A DNA stretch of 63,959 bases, counting the filler, from Welwitschia mirabilis (taxonomy: Eukaryota), in NCBI GenBank assembly GCA_051453625.1. It is 8 parts of one record of this genome, joined end to end, with 100 filler letters (N's around TTAATTAATTAA, not from the genome) between each part and the next. Parts side by side here need not be neighbours in the genome. Positions count along the whole stretch, not along the records: positions 35,960 to 42,248 come from JBOZIK010000001.1; positions 42,349 to 58,396 come from JBOZIK010000001.1; 6 more parts are not named here. One strand, written 5' to 3'. Of this stretch, positions 37,850-52,800 are shown in pieces. Below the pieces are notes generated by a model. The model ran no database searches, had not been told where the DNA came from, and worked only from the letters and a program-made list of their open reading frames with translations. Made by a program: the position numbers and the translations under genes. Within the stretch, counting starts at the first letter, position 1. Each line of letters begins with the position of its first letter.

Positions 37850-40400
37850 AAGTTTAATAAAAATTCTTATATGAGCATTTCATACAGAAAAGAAACTGAA
37901 CTCTAAAGATAAACCTTAAATGTTTTGTATAGAATTTAAGTCATACGAAGGGTCAATTTTGAAAAACTTTTTAATAACCCTAGTTTTATTATGCTTAGAC
38001 AATGGGTTATCAACCTTAATTAGTGGAATTGATTAACTTTTTCTGAGAAATACAATGATGGAAAAGTTTACTCTTTTTATGAAAATATGTCATTTTCAAA
38101 AGAATTGCCAATGTTATATTCAACAATTAATAACACACCACTTCAAATTTAATTATTTGAATTAAGAATTATTCTTAGGTTACCATCTAGTGAAATATTG
38201 TTGACGGAAACACATAAGAATGAATACACCACTCAGTGTTTAAAACATTTTCATAGTATTAGAAATAAAGATAGTTGACTAAACATCGATAAGATAAGGG
38301 ATCCTGAACCATATATTATTTTAAGAGTGATGTTATCAAACTTAACTCTCACAATTAATAAGCAAAAGAAGATGAGTATACCAACAGTATACTTAATAAA
38401 TGCCATTAAAGATTCTTTAAGTGAAAATATTAACATTGGATAAATTATTTTTTAATACTTCTATAAGTCAATTTCTAGAATTAGGAATACTACAAGGCTT
38501 ACGAAGGTTTAGATTAGGATTTCTTTCATTGATTGGAAGAATTCTTTTGTGTCAGAATGTTCCATAATTCTTTCGTAGGAATAGGAATAGTGTGAAACTC
38601 TCTGTTGTATCATTATTTGGGGTTATCATTTTGGCACCTTTTAGTGTTCTAGGTATAGAGGAAACATCTTCAACCAGTCAACCAGTGATTCAAATATAGA
38701 TACAACCCCTAAAACCTTTAAGGAAACAAATAGATTCATTTTCTTTACAGTAAATGAGGCTCTAAAAAGAAAGTGAATCCTTTACTAAGCCACTGAAAGA
38801 TGATAAGATGGATTTTTTATGTGCTACAATAAATTCTTTGATAGCCTTCCTGCTAAAGAAAAATCAACTCCAAGAGGAAAATTTTATTATGAAGGAAAGA
38901 ATTAAATTTTTAGAACTTGAAAATAAATTTTATAAAGATAACATTTCTTTTTGGCAAGGGAGTATAATAAAGTGAAAGAGGAGAAGTAGTAATTTGAAGA
39001 GAAATTAGTCTCTCATTTTAACTTCTAAAGGGTAGATGGGTCCTCTCTACATAATGCTTAAGATTAAATCAAAGAGTTAGAGCAAGAACTCAGAGAGAAA
39101 AGGGAGAAACTACAACTCCCCTCCACTAACAAAGAAGATTTTTTATCAGAATTGTTGAAGAATATAGGTTACACTAAGCATTATGACACTAAATACATTG
39201 AAAAACAACAAGAATTTATTACATTCATGCATAAAAACTCATCCCTTCTACTAAAAAATAATTATGTAGAGAAACTTTATATGGATTTGAGGGGAATGCA
39301 TGAAAAATATATGAAAACTTAAGAATAAAATAATAGATATAAAGAAAAATGGGTAGAAGCTTTAGAGCAGGTTCATATCGAGCAAGAGAGAATTTAAATG
39401 TAGGAAAGAAATATTGCTTTCCTTTAAAAAAAGAATTTGAATCAACTTTACAAAAATCTTCAATAATTAATTACTTTTTGATTGAGTAGAGTTTGATAAA
39501 AATATTATAGAATGGATTTTCTCAAATTATAGAAAGAATTCTGCAAACCACTTCACATTAAATACCTCCAGTAAATGCAAAACCTATTGGACATCAAATC
39601 TCAGGCTTCCTTAAAGGATTTTTGATTCCTCCTAGTCAGTTGGACTTATTTGCAAAACTTAAAAAGAAAAATAGCAGGCTGCTATATGAAAACACATTTC
39701 TTGAAGTTCAATCAGAAAAAAGAATAGGATTTGGAAATGAGAAACTACATGTACCAAGGAATATGTACTTCTATCCTTAAAAGCTATATGCTTACTTTGA
39801 TAATTATGAAAAAGTTATCAATGAGATTATACAAAAGATAGAAGGAGGATGGGAGAGAATCACTAGGATCTTTAACCAAGCCCTAGAGGAGAAAGACAAT
39901 GCCAAAACTGAAGCAGTTAAAGGATAACATTAGGGAGTAGCAAATAAATCCTCCATGTCTATGAGGGTTTTAAAAATGACATTTATCTTTTCATAGTCAC
40001 TGAGCATGATTTAGACAATTTAAAAGACTAAAGAAACCAAGTTTTAGAATGTATGTAAACACTCAAAGGAACTTTTGCAGATATTTTCTCTAAGATGGAG
40101 GGAAGAGAGGGAGTTCATACTATTTTGGTTGGGAGTTCTTTTTGATTAGATATGTTAAGAAAACCTCCTCCTTCTCAGCCTGTGCAATCAATGAAAGTTT
40201 TAGCTGTTAAAAAGGAAAAACAATATGAAGGGAAAATATCCAAGATAGTTCATATAAATAAGAAAATATAAATTTAGATGATCTAGATCTTTTGAAAGAA
40301 TAAATCAAAGCAATGAAATAGCTGAAAGAAATGAAAAAGTCATGGGTTGAGAAGGAACTGGAAGTAGTAAAAATAAAATTAAATGACAAAAGAAATAATG
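37850..40400 (+). pseudogene. Highly decayed retrotransposon extra-ORF region (Athila ORF2-like motif followed by Glu/Lys-rich coiled-coil remnants)
   Basis: QWVINLN*WN*LTFSEKYNDGKVYSFYENM (~38000-38090) parallels the W..F....Y..V.EFY motif in the other two extra ORFs; many stops. Confidence 0.35.
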
Positions 40401-42041
40401 TAAATTCTTAAAGGATTAACAAATGTTTGAGTATGGGAAAAATTGATAAATTAGAAATCTATGTATATTTTTACCTTTTTCCTTACTAAAATGAGTGAAA
40501 TTATATTGTTTAATAATATGCTATGATGTATTAAATAACATTATTATAATTTATTGATATTACAAATAGCTAACTTGGTTTTGTAGGATAATTATTTCAA
40601 TACAAGAATAGTGAAAGACTTGCTACAAAAAAGGGAAATGGTTGTAAGAATTAGACATATGGCATAAATGAAATAAACACATACTAGTATAAGGAAAATA
40701 TTAGAAAGACAAGAACAGGTGGCACAAAAAGAAAATAACAAATCACTTAGGCTATAGTTATAGATATGCAGTGTGGATAAGACATGGGGATCTTTTAGGC
40801 AACTTGGAGAATAGTTGGAAATCACATTTGGCTCAAAGAATATCATCATGGAAGAACTATAAAGTGACTTCCTCACTACTTTACCTATTGTGGATACATA
40901 GGAAATTGCTTACTACTATATTTTCTAGATAGTATTATAAGTTTATATTCTAAAAAGGATCTTGTGTTGTTTTGTAGGTAATTTGGAAAAGTTACATGAT
41001 ATTATTTTTTTACTCTTAGTATTAATCTTAGTTGGAGTTAATATTGAGATAATGTATCAATTAGAAAAAAGTAATACACATAATCTGGCTACTCTTTATT
41101 TTGTTTATTTTCATTCTCCACTTCCTGTAAATATTATCCATAATAGAAAAACTGTTTGAATACCATTTTACCAGGAATAATCATTCTTAATAAAAAATTG
41201 TGTTCTAATTTAATAAAAGGAGTTTTAAAGTGATTATCAAAATACCATTTTATCAGGAATAATCATTCATGATAAAGAATGTCTTTTGATTCAATAAAGA
41301 GAGTCTTTGTTTGNNNNNNNNNNNNNNNNNNNNNNNNNNNNNNNNNNNNNNNNNNNNNNNNNNNNNNNNNNNNNNNNNNNNNNNNNNNNNNNNNNNNNNN
41401 NNNNNNNNNNNNNTTCTAATTTAATAAAAGGAGTTTTAAAGTAATTATCAAAATACCATTTTATCAGGAATAATCATTCCTGATAAAGAATGTCTTTTGA
41501 TTCAATAAAGAGAGTCTTTGTTTGAGTCAAAAGCATGAAAAAGTAAACTCCATATAAAAATTAGTAATAATTAAAGTATATGGGTGGTAATATAGTTTTC
41601 ATTTTTTAGTACTTTTATAATATAACTTTGATTTTCTTAAGTATTTTATTGAAATTAGTCAGCATTTTTTATAGCATTTCTAGTTAAATTAAAGACTTCT
41701 CAATTATTAACATGGAAAAATTACCTAAGAAGACACACTCATGTGTGAAAATTGATGGATCTTTTTGAAAAATTTCATGACCAATTTTTGAAAGTAAGGC
41801 ATCAAAGTTATAAAAATCTATGTGAAAAGGATGCCATTCTTCCTAACCAAAACTAAAATTTGTCCTGAATGTTTTATGATGGAGAGTGTTAATACCATTT
41901 TGAGAACATATCTTTAGCAAATTTTGATAAGCCTTTTTATTAAAAGTAATGGAACTAAGCCATGAAAAACAAAAAAAACTACCTAATGCAAGATGACCAT
42001 ATTTTATTTATTTATTTTTCTAAAAAAGCTAAGTGAAAAGT

Positions 42042-43035
42042 TGTAATACCCCAAATTTTGACATAGAATTTCTTTTATGATTATTATTAATGTTTCACCT
42101 TTATCTATGTGATGGCTCAGATGATTTATTTTAATTGTTATAGTGGGCATGCGATGAATTCATAAATCCTATAGGGGTGTTATGGGATTAAATAATTTTT
42201 ATCATTGGACACATTAATTAGTATAGCTCCTTGGTTTAAGTTCTTTATNNNNNNNNNNNNNNNNNNNNNNNNNNNNNNNNNNNNNNNNNNNNTTAATTAA
42301 TTAANNNNNNNNNNNNNNNNNNNNNNNNNNNNNNNNNNNNNNNNNNNNATGTGAGATTTGTACCTCCAGAGTTTCAAGTATGGTCCATGGCAAGGTTTGA
42401 GGTAAAAGTTTTAAGAACAAGAAGGAATTCACAAAATATTAACTAACCAAAACCTCATATCAACATTAAGGTTGAGGTAAAATATCCAGATCTTATGAAA
42501 GTTTAAGGACTAATATGAACAATATGAACAGTATGAATAGTATGCCACGTCAGAGGGGTATCAATTATCCATTGTCTACTAGTGCATTCCTATGGCTAAT
42601 AAGAAACCCTCCGGTGGGATAACCCCCTGAAGCCGCATGTATTATGCAATAGCTAGATGGACAACCCTCCAAACACTGATATCCACTCCTATGGCCAGTA
42701 GGAGCCCTTCAGGTAGCTCAGCCCCTGAAGCCACATGATTTGATCACAACAAGCTTTAAACATCGAATATAAATCATATGACAGATATGCATAAGAAGAG
42801 ATTTACTTAAAGGACGTGAAGGATGCATGATCCAATTAGAACATACAAGAGACAAATGTATTTGCATGAACCAAACAAGAGATTAATAAAAACCATAGAA
42901 CCATACAAGAATAAAGATGAAAGACCATAAATCATACAAGAATTAATAAAAACCATAAACCATACAAGAAGGAATAAAAAGAAAACATGAACCATACTAA
43001 TTTTTAAGAAGAAATCAAGATCTTGGAAAGGTTGC
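42042..43035. mobile_element. Gypsy (Tekay/Del-like) LTR fragments on both sides of a linker gap
   Basis: TGTAATACCCC LTR-type start at 42042; ~100-bp-spaced duplicated CCTATGGC..CCCCTGAAGCC.CATG units (42585-42740); ~30-bp CATACAAGA tandem at 42840-43000. Confidence 0.4.
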
Positions 43036-43825
43036 ANNNNNNNNNNNNNNNNNNNNNNNNNNNNNNNNNNNNNNNNNNNNNNNNNNNNNNNNNNNNNNNN
43101 NNNNNNNNNNNNNNNNNNNNNNNNNNNNNNNNNNNNNNNNNNNNNNNNNNNNNNNNNNNNNNNNNNNNNNNNNNNNNNNNNNNNNNNNNNNNNNNNNNNN
43201 NNNNNNNNNNNNNNNNNNNNNNNNNNNNNNNNNNNNNNNNNNNNNNNNNNNNNNNNNNNNNNNNNNNNNNNNNNNNNNNNNNNNNNNNNNNNNNNNNNNN
43301 NNNNNNNNNNNNNNNNNNNNNNNNNNNNNNNNNNNNNNNNNNNNNNNNNNNNNNNNNNNNNNNNNNNNNNNNNNNNNNNNNNNNNNNNNNNNNNNNNNNN
43401 NNNNNNNNNNNNNNNNNNNNNNNNNNNNNNNNNNNNNNNNNNNNNNNNNNNNNNNNNNNNNNNNNNNNNNNNNNNNNNNNNNNNNNNNNNNNNNNNNNNN
43501 NNNNNNNNNNNNNNNNNNNNNNNNNNNNNNNNNNNNNNNNNNNNNNNNNNNNNNNNNNNNNNNNNNNNNNNNNNNNNNNNNNNNNNNNNNNNNNNNNNNN
43601 NNNNNNNNNNNNNNNNNNNNNNNNNNNNNNNNNNNNNNNNNNNNNNNNNNNNNNNNNNNNNNNNNNNNNNNNNNNNNNNNNNNNNNNNNNNNNNNNNNNN
43701 NNNNNNNNNNNNNNNNNNNNNNNNNNNNNNNNNNNNNNNNNNNNNNNNNNNNNNNNNNNNNNNNNNNNNNNNNNNNNNNNNNNNNNNNNNNNNNNNNNNN
43801 NNNNNNNNNNNNNNNNNNNNNNNNN

Positions 43826-46800
43826 AAGAAGTTACCAATTTCCAACAAATGCCTAATGTAGACTATGCCTCTATTTATAAGAGATTCTTGGTTGCTTTAC
43901 ATGAATCTTATAAATGCCTTTTCATAGGTAGAACTAGTAGACTACTTTTATAGTGGATTAAACAGTCATACAAAGCAACTTGTAAATTTTTCGTGTAAAT
44001 TGAATTTATTAAATCAAATCTTAAAGATGCTTAAAAAGTGTTGAAAGACTTGATAGAAGTGAGTAAAACATGGCCTAAACCCTCATCTATAGAAAACCAA
44101 ATCATAGGCCAAATCATTAAAGATCTAAAAGAGGTAAAATATGAGAAAAATGAAATAAGAGCCAAAACTGAACCAACCAATATCATAAAATATTTTACTT
44201 CAACTTTGGAAAAGTACACTCAGATGATTCTAAATGCTGAGATGGGAACTGAAAAGAATGAAGTTGTAGCTCCTACATGTGATTTGTATGAGGACAGTAA
44301 TCATCTTACCAAAAAATGTGCTTTGCTTCCAACTTACAAAGAAATAATTTATGAGAAAGTATGTGCTTTTAACTAGAGGTCCTAAAAATGCAACCAAAAC
44401 CAAAATCAAAGACAAGTCCAAAATCATAACACTTTTTAACCTAGGATGAGTAAACATCCCNNNNNNNNNNNNNNNNNNNNNNNNNNNNNNNNNNNNNNNN
44501 NNNNNNNNNNNNNNNNNNNNNNNNNNNNNNNNNNNNNNNNNNNNNNNNNNNNNNNNNNNNTTTATTAAAAAGTATTTTCTTTTAAACAAATGTCATAAAA
44601 ATGCAAACAAAATGAAAATCAAAGAAAATTCCAAAATCATAATAACTTTTAACCTAGGATGAGTAAACATCCCAACTTCACAACAACTTCAAATCATTTA
44701 AGAAGAGATTTAACAACATGAACTTCCAATCTAACAACTCAGATAACCTAGCAAGCTCATCCAACTCCCAAAACCAAAGTGATTCTCTTAGGAATTCCAT
44801 TGAGGAGTTAAGAAAAATGCAAAAAAAAAAAAAAAATTAAACATTAAAAAGACAAATTCTGATAGTGAACACCATGTGAGTATCTTACAATAAACTATGC
44901 TTACTAACCAAAGACCATAAGGATGTCTTACCATTCAACCTTTACTGAACCTAAATGAAGTTAGAAAAGATTGTAAGATGGTGATAAGAAGTGGAAATGA
45001 CATAACTCCTCCTACCCATAAGGCTTCAACATTACGAATTAATAAAAATGATGAAGAAGTTGACATAGAAATCTTAGAAAACCATTATTTCCTTTCTCTA
45101 TTAAGTAACAAAAAGAAAAACTGTTCACATAAGAAACTTACTACTCCATGGTTTGATAGGCTTGACACAAATCCTATTTTTGATTATCATTTAAAAGCCT
45201 TAATATAAAATGTGAGCATTAACTTATTATTTTGAAAACTTTTGCAAGATAACCCAAAGTATTCTAAGTTATGAAAAGACTTGATTAAAAGAAAGAAAAA
45301 ATGTACCATTCTTAATAAAGTCTTCTTAGCTCAATTTCTTCACAACTTAGTTTGCAAAAAATGTCCAAAGTTTAAAGATCTAGGAGCGAGAACTGTGAAT
45401 GTTACTTTAGAAGGAAACCATAGGATTAAGAAATCCTTAATTGATATTAGAGCTAGTGTCAAAGCCATGCCCTTACAAATTTATCAGAGACTTGATTTGG
45501 AAGAAAGAGTAAAACTTACATTGTTTTAGAACTAGTTGATACTTCTATGAAGAAACCATTAGGTATGATCAAGGATTTGTTCATTCAGATAGAAGGATCT
45601 TTCTACCCCATTAATGTTGTAATTATAGAAGTTGAGCATAATGGTGGATATCTTTACTTCGAGGTAGAGCTTTTTGTATAATAGCCCACTATATTATAGA
45701 TACCAAAATTAGTTTGATGGAGTGTCATTTTGGAAATAAAAAGTTTTCAATGAGAGTATTTAATGCAGCTAAAAAATATTTAGGAAATGATTTGAGTGTA
45801 AAAGAAGAAATTAGTCTAACTCTGTTTTTATAGTACTATCCATTTGAGGAAAGATGGTCTATACTTCATGAACCAATATTAATTAATGATCAGATAGAAG
45901 TAAATGACTTGTATGTTTTTAAAGATCAACTTAATTTTGATCATTTGAAAACTAAATTTTTTGATCTAGAGAGTAGAGAGTCTAAGTCTGTCAACTGTGT
46001 AGAAGTCTAAGATTTTAGCAAACCTAAAAATTTTTATTTTGAGGATAGTCATCTAGTACTGAATTCCAAATGACAGTCTAAGATGATAGTTTATTTTCCT
46101 AAAAATTTTATAGAAAATAAAAATATAATCTTAAATCTAAACTTAAAACCTTTAGACAGTGGACTAAAATACATTTTCCTGCACAGTGGTCTGAACAAAT
46201 CTTTAATCATCAACAAAACCTTATCACTCAACAAAAATTAAGTCTAGTCTCACTTCTGCAATCTAAGGTAAATACGTTCACTTGATCTCATAAAGATTTA
46301 ACAATAAAATGCTAAACATATAAGATAACCCTAATGTAAACTCAATCTATCCATTAAACAAATTATTAAAGATGAAATCATAAAATTAATGGATGTTGAA
46401 ATCATTTATTCAATCGCTAATAGTGAGTGGATTAGCCCCTTGATGGTAGTTCCTAAAAAATATGGCAAATGAAGAATGTGCATAGACTTTAGAAAAGTAA
46501 ATAAAGTAGCCCAAAAAGACCATTTTCCTTTACCTTTTCTTAATTAGTTTCTTGATATGATTTAGGATCATGCTTTTTACTATTTTCTTAATGGTTATAG
46601 TCATTATAACCAAGTTTGCAGTGCTAGTGAGGACCAAGCCAAAACCACTTTTACTTCTCCTTTTGGTACTTTTGCTTTTAGACACATGCCTTTTAGTCTT
46701 TGTAATGCTCCCGGTACTTTTTAGCATGCCATAATGGGAATTTTTTTTGATATGCTTGAGGATTCTATTTAGATTTTTATGGATGACTTCTCTATTTATA

Positions 46801-49800
46801 CTAAAACTTTTGAATAAATTTTAAATTGATTAGAGAAAGCCCTTGATCTTTATATTTCTAGTAGCTTACACTTGAGTTGGAAAAAGATTTTATTTCTTGT
46901 AAAAAGTATAATTATTTTAGTTCATCATATGTTGAAAGAAGGGATTAGGATGGATGCTTTAAAAGTTGGTATCATTTATAACTTAAATCCTCCTACAAAT
47001 GTTAAATAGGTTAGGTATTTTCTTTATCATTATGGTTTTTACCATCGATTTATTCATGATTATGCTAATATCTATAAACTCCTTCAGTCATTACTAGAAA
47101 AAGAAGCCAAATTTAAATGGAATAAATATTGTTAACTTAAACTTTCTTATTCTCATATAGTAATGGAACCCAATTGGGAAAAATATTTTAAACTTATGTG
47201 TGATGTGAGTAATTTTACTGTGGTTGGAGTTCTTTATTAGAAATATGGAAATGATTTTAAAGTCATATTTTACTATAACAAAAGTTTCTTTAAAGCTCAA
47301 ATAAATTATTTCACTATAGAAAAGAAGATGCTATCCATTATCTTTTGCCTTGATTTTCTTAGACATTATCTTTTAGGATTTTATATAAATGTTTACACTA
47401 ATTACACTACCATTCATTGCCTCATAACCAAGAAAGATCCTAGTAAATGTTTGATCAGATGGATCCTCCTTATACAAGACTTTAATTTGACCATCATAGA
47501 TAAAGCAAGAAAGCATAATTATATTGTGGATTACTTATCTCATATTTATTCTTCTCTAAATGATTTTATCATTGATGATTCCTTTTCTGATAAGCATCTT
47601 TTTACTGTATTGTCTTTTCATCCTCTTCCTTGGTATGTAGATATTGTTAACTATCTTGTAACTATAAAAACACCATAATATTGGACTTACAATCAATGCA
47701 AATATTTTCTCCATAGAATAGATGACTATGAGTGGATAACTCCACATTTGTACCAAAGGTGTAAAGACTAAATCATGAGAAAATGTGTGCCTAATTGGAA
47801 AATACCTAAAATCCTTCATCTTTGGCATGGTAGTGATTGTGAAGGATACTTTAGTGGACATAAAACTGGGATGAAAATCCTCCATTCTAGTTTTTATTGG
47901 CCTTCTTTTTTTCATGATTCCTTTGATTTTACTAAAAGGTATAATTCTTATCAGTGTTATAATAGTCTTGTTCATTCATAGAAAATGTCCATTAGACCTA
48001 TTCTTGAGCATGAGCCTTTTAATTATTAAGGTATTGATTTCATAGGCCCTATTCATCCACCTTTTTCTAATAAGGATTATATTTTAGTGGCTATGGATTA
48101 CATGACTAAATGGATTGAAGCCATATCTACTTCTTTGAATAATGCCCAAACTGTTTGTCATTTTTTTAGAACTCATATTTTTCAGAGATTTGGTTTTCCT
48201 AAAGTTATCATTAGTGATCAGAATACTTATTTCATTAATTAGATTTTTAGAAAACTTNNNNNNNNNNNNNNNNNNNNNNNNNNNNNNNNNNNNNNNNNNN
48301 NNNNNNNNNNNNNNNNNNNNNNNNNNNNNNNNNNNNNNNNNNNNNNNNNNNNNNNNNATTTTGCTAAAAGGTATAATTCTTATCAGTGTTATAATAGACT
48401 TGTTCATTCATAGAAAATGCCATTAGACCTATTCTTGAGTATGAGCCTTTTGATTATTAAAGTATTGATTTCATAGGCCCTATTCATCCACCTTTTTCTA
48501 ATAAGCATTATATTTTAGTGGCTATGGATTACATGACTAAATGGATTGAATCCATATTTACTTCTTTGAATAATGCCCAAACTATTTGTCATTTTCTTAG
48601 AACTCATATTTTTCAGAGATTTGATTTTCCTAAAGTTATCATTAGTGATCAAAATACTTATTTCATTAATTAGATTTTTAGGAAACTTCTTTTCTCCATT
48701 GGTATAGAATATAGAGTAGCTTGTGCTTATCATCCTCAAACTAATGGACCAGCTAAAAATGCCGAAAAATAAATAAAGGAAATATTATAAAAAATTGTCT
48801 CTATTAATAAAAAGTTATGGGCTTCTAAAATTAATGACGTAATTTAGGCTTCCCGTACTACTTGTTATACTTCTCTTGGTTTTTTACCTTACAAACTTAT
48901 CTATAGTAAAGTTTGTGTATTACCTTACAAACNNNNNNNNNNNNNNNNNNNNNNNNNNNNNNNNNNNNNNNNNNNNNNNNNNNNNNNNNNNNNNNNNNNN
49001 NNNNNNNNNNNNNNNNNNNNNNNNNNNNNNNNACCTTACAAACTTATCTATAGTAAAGTTTGTGTATTACCTATTGATGTGTGTTATAATTCTTAGTATG
49101 CATCTCATCAACTTAATCTTGCAGATTTTCATGAAAACCTTAAATATAGATTATCTTAATTAGATCATTTTAATGAAAAAACTCATGCCATACATCATCA
49201 ATTAACCTATAAAGGCCAAGCAAAATTTAAACATGATAAAATGATATTTCATAAAAAGTTTAAACCCAGNNNNNNNNNNNNNNNNNNNNNNNNNNNNNNN
49301 NNNNNNNNNNNNNNNNNNNNNNNNNNNNNNNNNNNNNNNNNNNNNNNNNNNNNNNNNNNNNNNNNNNNNNNNNNNNNNNNNNNNNNNNNNNNNNNNNNNN
49401 NNNNNNNNNNNNNNNNNNNNNNNNNNNNNNNNNNNNNNNNNNNNNNNNNNNNNNNNNNNNNNNNNNNNNNNNNNNNNNNNNNNNNNNNNNNNNNNNNNNN
49501 NNNNNNNNNNNNNNNNNNNNNNNNNNNNNNNNNNNNNNNNNNNNNNNNNNNNNNNNNNNNNNNNNNNNNNNNNNNNNNNNNNNNNNNNNNNNNNNNNNNN
49601 NNNNNNNNNNNNNNNNNNNNNNNNNNNNNNNNNNNNNNNNNNNNNNNNNNNNNNNNNNNNNNNNNNNNNNNNNNNNNNNNNNNNNNNNNNNNNNNNNNNN
49701 NNNNNNNNNNNNNNNNNNNNNNNNNNNNNNNNNNNNNNNNNNNNNNNNNNNNNNNNNNNNNNNNNNNNNNNNNNNNNNNNNNNNNNNNNNNNNNNNNNNN

Positions 49801-52800
49801 NNNNNNNNNNGTGATCATGTAGAAATTTTCAAAAAAAAGGAAAAATAAAAAAAAAGAAAAAAATAATGACCATGATCTGTTATATGTTGTGCTTTAAAGA
49901 AAAAAATACATGGTCACCATGATGTTCTACCACACTAGGGTAAATTTTTCTGAAAGAAATATTGATAGTTGTGGGAACTCCACTGGGGGTTAGTTAGCCA
50001 TGCTTCATGGGTCCTTACTCCTTTAACAGTGGTTGCAATCCCTCATCATGAAAAAAGTTGTAAAAAACTTTAAGGCTATGGGATCAATGGTGTTCTTGGT
50101 ATCATCAAAAGCATTGTTTATTTTCTAGACTCTTAGTATTCACACTTAGCCATTTCACTTTTGAAGATTCAAGTGTGTTTGTGGAGTGAGAGTAAGTAGG
50201 TTCATTTCTAAGTAACTTTTGATTTTGACGTTCCTTATTTTAAGAACTTGCACTTTGGAGTATTACCATATCCATTACCTTTTTTAGATGAACTTTATAA
50301 AGCTTATCTATCTTTTCATGCATATTTACTTAGGTCACTTTATGATGTCTTCCTTAGAAGTTTGCTAGGTTAGTACTTAGAATAGATAAACACTCTTATC
50401 CTTGTTCCTTATGTCCATTTTCATTTTGTGTTTATTTAGTTTTTGAGTTTGAGATTTTAAAGTCATTTATGCATTTTTTTCATTCTTTCATAGGACCTTA
50501 ATCATTTAGTAGTTTCCTTGCTATTTTTTCATGTTATTTCATTTTACAGTAACCATTTGAAAATAAAAAAAGAACATCTTTTCATTTCCTAATTTTTATG
50601 AGTTCCCTTGTAGCTTATGGAGTTTTGAGTTTATCTTACTTTTCTTTTCTAATTGGGCACATTTATTTAGATTTTTTTTGTAGGTTTTAACCTAGATAGT
50701 TTATTTTCTTCAGCCATAGTTTTCCTTTTCTTTTATTTTCCTAGATTTCTATTTGATTTTCTATCTTTCTAAGTTTTTCTATTTGGCATTGATACTTAAA
50801 TGATCATATCTGATCCTAAGTTTTTTGGCTAATATTTTTCTTTCTGAAAAAACTTTTAATACCTTATCATCCACCTGGTCATCTGAATAACATTGGGAGG
50901 ATTATAATCTGATTTTTTTTTAAGAATTTTCCCAGGGTTGTTATCTGAATGATGGAACCAGATGATATGTGATATAACCGTGGTCTAAACACTTTTTCCT
51001 CATTTTTCTCATTTCTTTATTGTTTTTGCCCATTCCTTCAAATATTTTAATCCCTTTGGTCTGTACCAGCATTCTAGAACTTGTCCCACCTGATTTCATG
51101 TCCACATTCATGAGATTTTAGTAAATTTTCAAAAATGAGGTATGTTTCTCTCTCTTCCATTTTTTAAATTTTTTTCTCTCATTTTTCAGCCTTTCGATAC
51201 ATATTTTTTATGTATATCACTTAGTTTTTCACACTCTTTGATTTAAAACTTATGAATTTGAATTTCACTATGTATTTTTTGAGTTATAAGTATTTATGCA
51301 TTTTACGATGTATTTCACAACTTCTATGTTTTACACTCATTTTCTCACAAATCGTAGGTTGAAATGTAGTGGTCCTCTAAGAAAAATTGATCAGTTTGAC
51401 TATTCTATGCCTCTACTAGATTAGATTTTCTCTTTGAGTACTTCAAATTTTTACTTCATGTGGAGGCCACTAAAAATATAGTTTCTGAATTTTTCATGTA
51501 TTTCTTATTTTTCTTCTTAAGTTTAGGCAATTTGGGACACATTGCAAATTGTTAGAGGGATATGATATATTGTCAGTAGTTTTTCTTATTTTTATCTATT
51601 TTCAAATNNNNNNNNNNNNNNNNNNNNNNNNNNNNNNNNNNNNNNNNNNNNNNNNNNNNNNNNNNNNNNNNNNNNNNNNNNNNNNNNNNNNNNNNNNNNN
51701 NNNNNNNTTTTACTTCATGTGGGGCCCATTAAAAATATAGTTTCTGAATTTTTCATGTATTTCTTATTTTTCTTCTAAATTTTAGGCAATTTGGGACACA
51801 TTGCAACTTATTAGAGGGATATGATATATTGTCAGTGTTTTTTCTTATTTTTATCTATTTTCAAATATCATTATTACACATCCATGCAATGTTTTTGACA
51901 TGTCTTTCTGTTTTCACATAATGTTTTTTCGTGTTTCTGATTGAGTTGGCCCCCTATGCATAGATCTAAAATATGCCAAGGCTTAGGCCAAGATAATAGA
52001 GTTGGAATTAGGCCCTATAGTTAATCCAGAGGTAGAGTGTATGAAGCATGCACATCTACCACCTCAACACAGTCATTCTACAACTATTCAGATAGCTAGT
52101 ATCCATGTCAAGTAATACCTTGGCAATTTCATGAGCCATATTAAGCTTAATATTGACTAGAGACTGACATATTTATGGCTCAAATGGATTACATATGTGC
52201 ATAAGTCATATTATGTATCAGAGACGAGGGAATTTTATGACACCATGCATATCAAGAGGTGACTTGATGCTCATGGTCAACTGCAGGACATGATTATTGC
52301 ATACATACAGGACCATAAGATAGTAATTTTCCCATTTGATATTATAGTTATCATAAATAATGATGGGCTTGGGATCATGCATAAATACTTATCTAATGGA
52401 ACTGAGGAGTGCTGAGCATATGGCACCATTTTAGACATACTAGTTGATCTCACTACTAATCGGTAAGGGATGAATGTTACTCAGCTGACCTCCACATATA
52501 GGGTTTTACATATAAGGATGATCCATAACACCAAATCATATTTTCATGATATTCATGCCATGGTAGTGCATTTACAGATATTGGCAGCATCTAGATAAGA
52601 GGAGCAGACAGATCTTCCTACTTTTATTTGGAGAAGACTCAGATCTATGGTAGAGGCACGATAACTTTAGACAGTTGGTTAGCCATGCCTCTTCTCAGTA
52701 CTCTTTAGATGATTTGGAATACCAAATCCCATGGGCAAGCAGTTCCTATCGCATATATAGATTTTAGCTCACTATTTAGAGAACATGAATATATACACTT

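Noticed and set aside
11233-49822. Long ORFs of 190-390 aa in the ORF track
   Set aside because: Made almost entirely of X from N-gaps; not coding evidence.
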